From contig CP145415.1 in assembly GCA_036867785.1 (NCBI GenBank), forward strand, positions 1,178,001 through 1,242,000: a stretch of 64,000 nucleotides of DNA, written 5' to 3'. Both the position numbers and the translations under genes were made by a program. Source of the DNA: Plasmodiophora brassicae. Lineage: Eukaryota. The notes beneath the pieces were generated by a model. It worked only from the letters and a program-made list of their open reading frames with translations, was not told where the DNA came from and did not search any database. The first letter of the stretch is position 1. Every line of letters starts with the position of its first letter. Shown piece by piece: positions 61,662 to 64,000 of this stretch.

Positions 61662-64000
61662 TCATATATCGTCTTCCCACTGGTTGCCCAGCAGTGCAGG
61701 GGATGCCAGGCCCAAAGCCATGTACAGGCGTGAACACAGGAACACGCCGATCAGCTGCGTGCAGGCCACAATAGCAACGCCAACGACGCTCAGCGCACGC
61801 GGGACAGTGATGTTGATCGTGTTGCACTCGAACGAGTCGCTGTTGACCGCGTACGTTACAATCACTGGCGAGCAAACCGCCACGTCATTGCCTGGCGAAC
61901 CAGTTCAACGTCCACCATCCCCGCCTTACGTGTGAGCACGACGACAAGCGAGAAAATACAGGACGAGCCCGCCCATAGCAGATTACGACGATTGCAGCTG
62001 TTGCATATGGCCATGTACGCCATTACACTGACGATGGGAAACCATGAGCTTAGGGGTGGGAGCCACGGTTGCCACCCGACCTGGATCCGATGGGGACCAG
62101 CGATAGGAAGAAGACGTGCCAATAAGCGAAGAAATTCTCAGGGCCACAGTACAGCAGCCACGAGAACGACGACAGGAACGCACCGGCTATTGAGAACATG
62201 GCTGATCTGAGCAACAGGTTATTGAGCGCCAACCGGTAGAGCCGAACGTGGACGCTGCCTAACACTCCCAACGCGTTCCTGTATCGTGCATCAACGATAA
62301 TGTCACGAGTGAACGGCAGCATGGTGTAGACGTTGACCAGACGAGCTGGCAGTGAAGGTCAGCGGGCATATACAGGGCGCGATAAAGTTGCTCTACCCTT
62401 ATTTGGAGTATACAGAGCCATCATCAAGGAGACCACAGTCACGACAACGACGACGATCTCAGCAGCAATGAAAAACGAGACGTTAAACTTCAGCGTTAGC
62501 AGCGTCACGTCTTTGAAACTGTCAATTTCATACGTGCTGTACAGGCGAGCGTTCAGGCATGTTAGAAACCCGGCCTAGCAAAGGCAGACAAACACCTGCT
62601 ATATTCGCAGCTGGGGCTGTCGCATATCGCCAGCTTGAGGTAGAACGAATTGGGTGCTTCGTACACGGAATACGTGATAACCTACGATGAAGGCATTGAG
62701 AAAAGGGCACTGACAGTGATGGGAACCAAACCGCACTGACAGGTCTGCCATCCGAGGGACGCAGGACCATTGAGATCTGCATCTCTGAAACGATCCATAA
62801 AGGACTCTCGTCAACGACGGAAGCATCAACACACTGATCGGTATCGTCAATGCAGAGCGGGGCGGCACACTTGAAGACCAGCAGCGCGCCACCGACCCCG
62901 CCTTCCCAGGCCTGAAAGAAGGCAATGATCGGCAGTCCACCGCCTGCGAACACGCTGGTCACTCGCATCATCGGTATGACACGGGCCGCCTGAACGCTAC
63001 ATACCAACAGGTAGGCTTCTGCTTGTACACCTTATAACGGGCCAGTTGATGGCCTGCGCGCTGTTCATCAGCGTCCGTATCGTGCAGTCCTTGGCCACCA
63101 ACGATGACGTGCTGCAAACGGCCAGTTGCAGGATGGAATACGATTCATCAGCGTAGGCGACGAGCAAATTGCCACTGTGGTCCAGCGCGACCGACGAATA
63201 CTCAGACGCAGACTCATCTGAACACCGGAACGAAAAGCGTCAACGACACGAACGCAGATGCGTCCTACTCAGACCCTGCCTAGCGTTACGATTCGAGGCG
63301 CGTCGCACGTCCCCTGATCGCAGACGCACAGCTGTAACGTGCCCGTCGTCCCATTTGGGTTCCTGCGGTCGTGGTGTCAAACGCGGTAAATGACGCATGC
63401 AAACGGGGGAGGGGGCCAATCGAGGACCATTGCTGGAAGCTGATGATGGTCGTGTTCCCTGCAGTGACAATGTCGGTGGACCCGTACGAATGGTAGAACC
63501 CTCCCAGCTTATACGGGAACGTGACATGGGACGACCGACAGTCATCGGTCAAACCTGCCCTGAGAGTTGGACATCAGATTGTACACAGAGATGAGCACCA
63601 TCACCAACAGGTCGCGACGGCTAGGGAATTTCTTGTCTTGTCCATGTAGGCGACGAGCGGGAGGCCGTTGGCGCCGACCAGGGCAGCCGCCGCAAACCCG
63701 ACATTCGACGTGCTGCCAATCTTGGTCGTCGTGAACGCGGCGCAGGACGAATCAGAACACGACATGCCATACAAAGTGGCGGCATTGCCCGACTGCAACG
63801 GTGCAAACGCGATGAACGGGCGATTGCGCACGAACGTCAGCGATGCGGCCGCCAGCGGCGGTGTGCATCCCAGATGCCGACTTCGCTTCGATTCCGTATC
63901 GCACTGCTCTGCGTTCGGCACAAGCGCCCTGCCTGAGTCGGTCTGCACGTCTTGACGGTGGGCCGTCTCACGACCGACCTGCGTCGCACGTGGTCATCTT
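61662..64000 (-). CDS. Hypothetical protein with Cys-paired beta-propeller-like repeats and a multi-TM C-terminus (5' end outside the window; may be disrupted)
   Basis: Repeats GANGLPLVAY...LAVATC, DHSGNLLVAYAD...LQLAVC, GGLPIIAF...LLVFKCAAPLC, GMSCSDSSC, then several hydrophobic segments at 61662-62530. Exon joins not fully resolved. Confidence 0.5.

Overview
Compact, GC-rich eukaryotic DNA: closely spaced genes broken by many short GT-AG introns (about 50-80 nt, often with a CTGAC/CTAAC-like branch site), so the ORF track fragments most genes. The style and the flagellar gene TTC29 suggest a zoosporic protist such as Plasmodiophora (Phytomyxea); this is an inference, not checked. Left to right: FAD monooxygenase; an SDR plus a decayed tandem copy; a PIF/Harbinger-type MITE; a broken mariner transposase ending in a ~180-bp-arm fold-back; a repeat protein; NDUFA13; DeSI-PUL; a PQ-loop transporter; a DUF1748-like gene; E(z); RAD6; three tandem plasma-membrane H+-ATPases; TTC29; a helical hypothetical protein; sideroflexin; a PolX-fold protein; MRG15; importin-5; WDR48; ABCE1; ornithine decarboxylase; chorismate mutase-PDT-ACT; choline kinase; eIF3m; ATP12; OSGEPL1; a sphingomyelinase-like protein; and a partial multi-TM repeat protein. 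Most notable: several apparent pseudoenzymes with intact reading frames (PolX lacking two catalytic Asp, a PDT domain lacking TRF, a secreted GPI-type sphingomyelinase lacking key Glu/His), a choline/ethanolamine kinase with a signal peptide, and the diverging H+-ATPase triplet. Gene ends and exon structures were assembled by eye and are approximate. No rRNA, tRNA or CRISPR array was seen.
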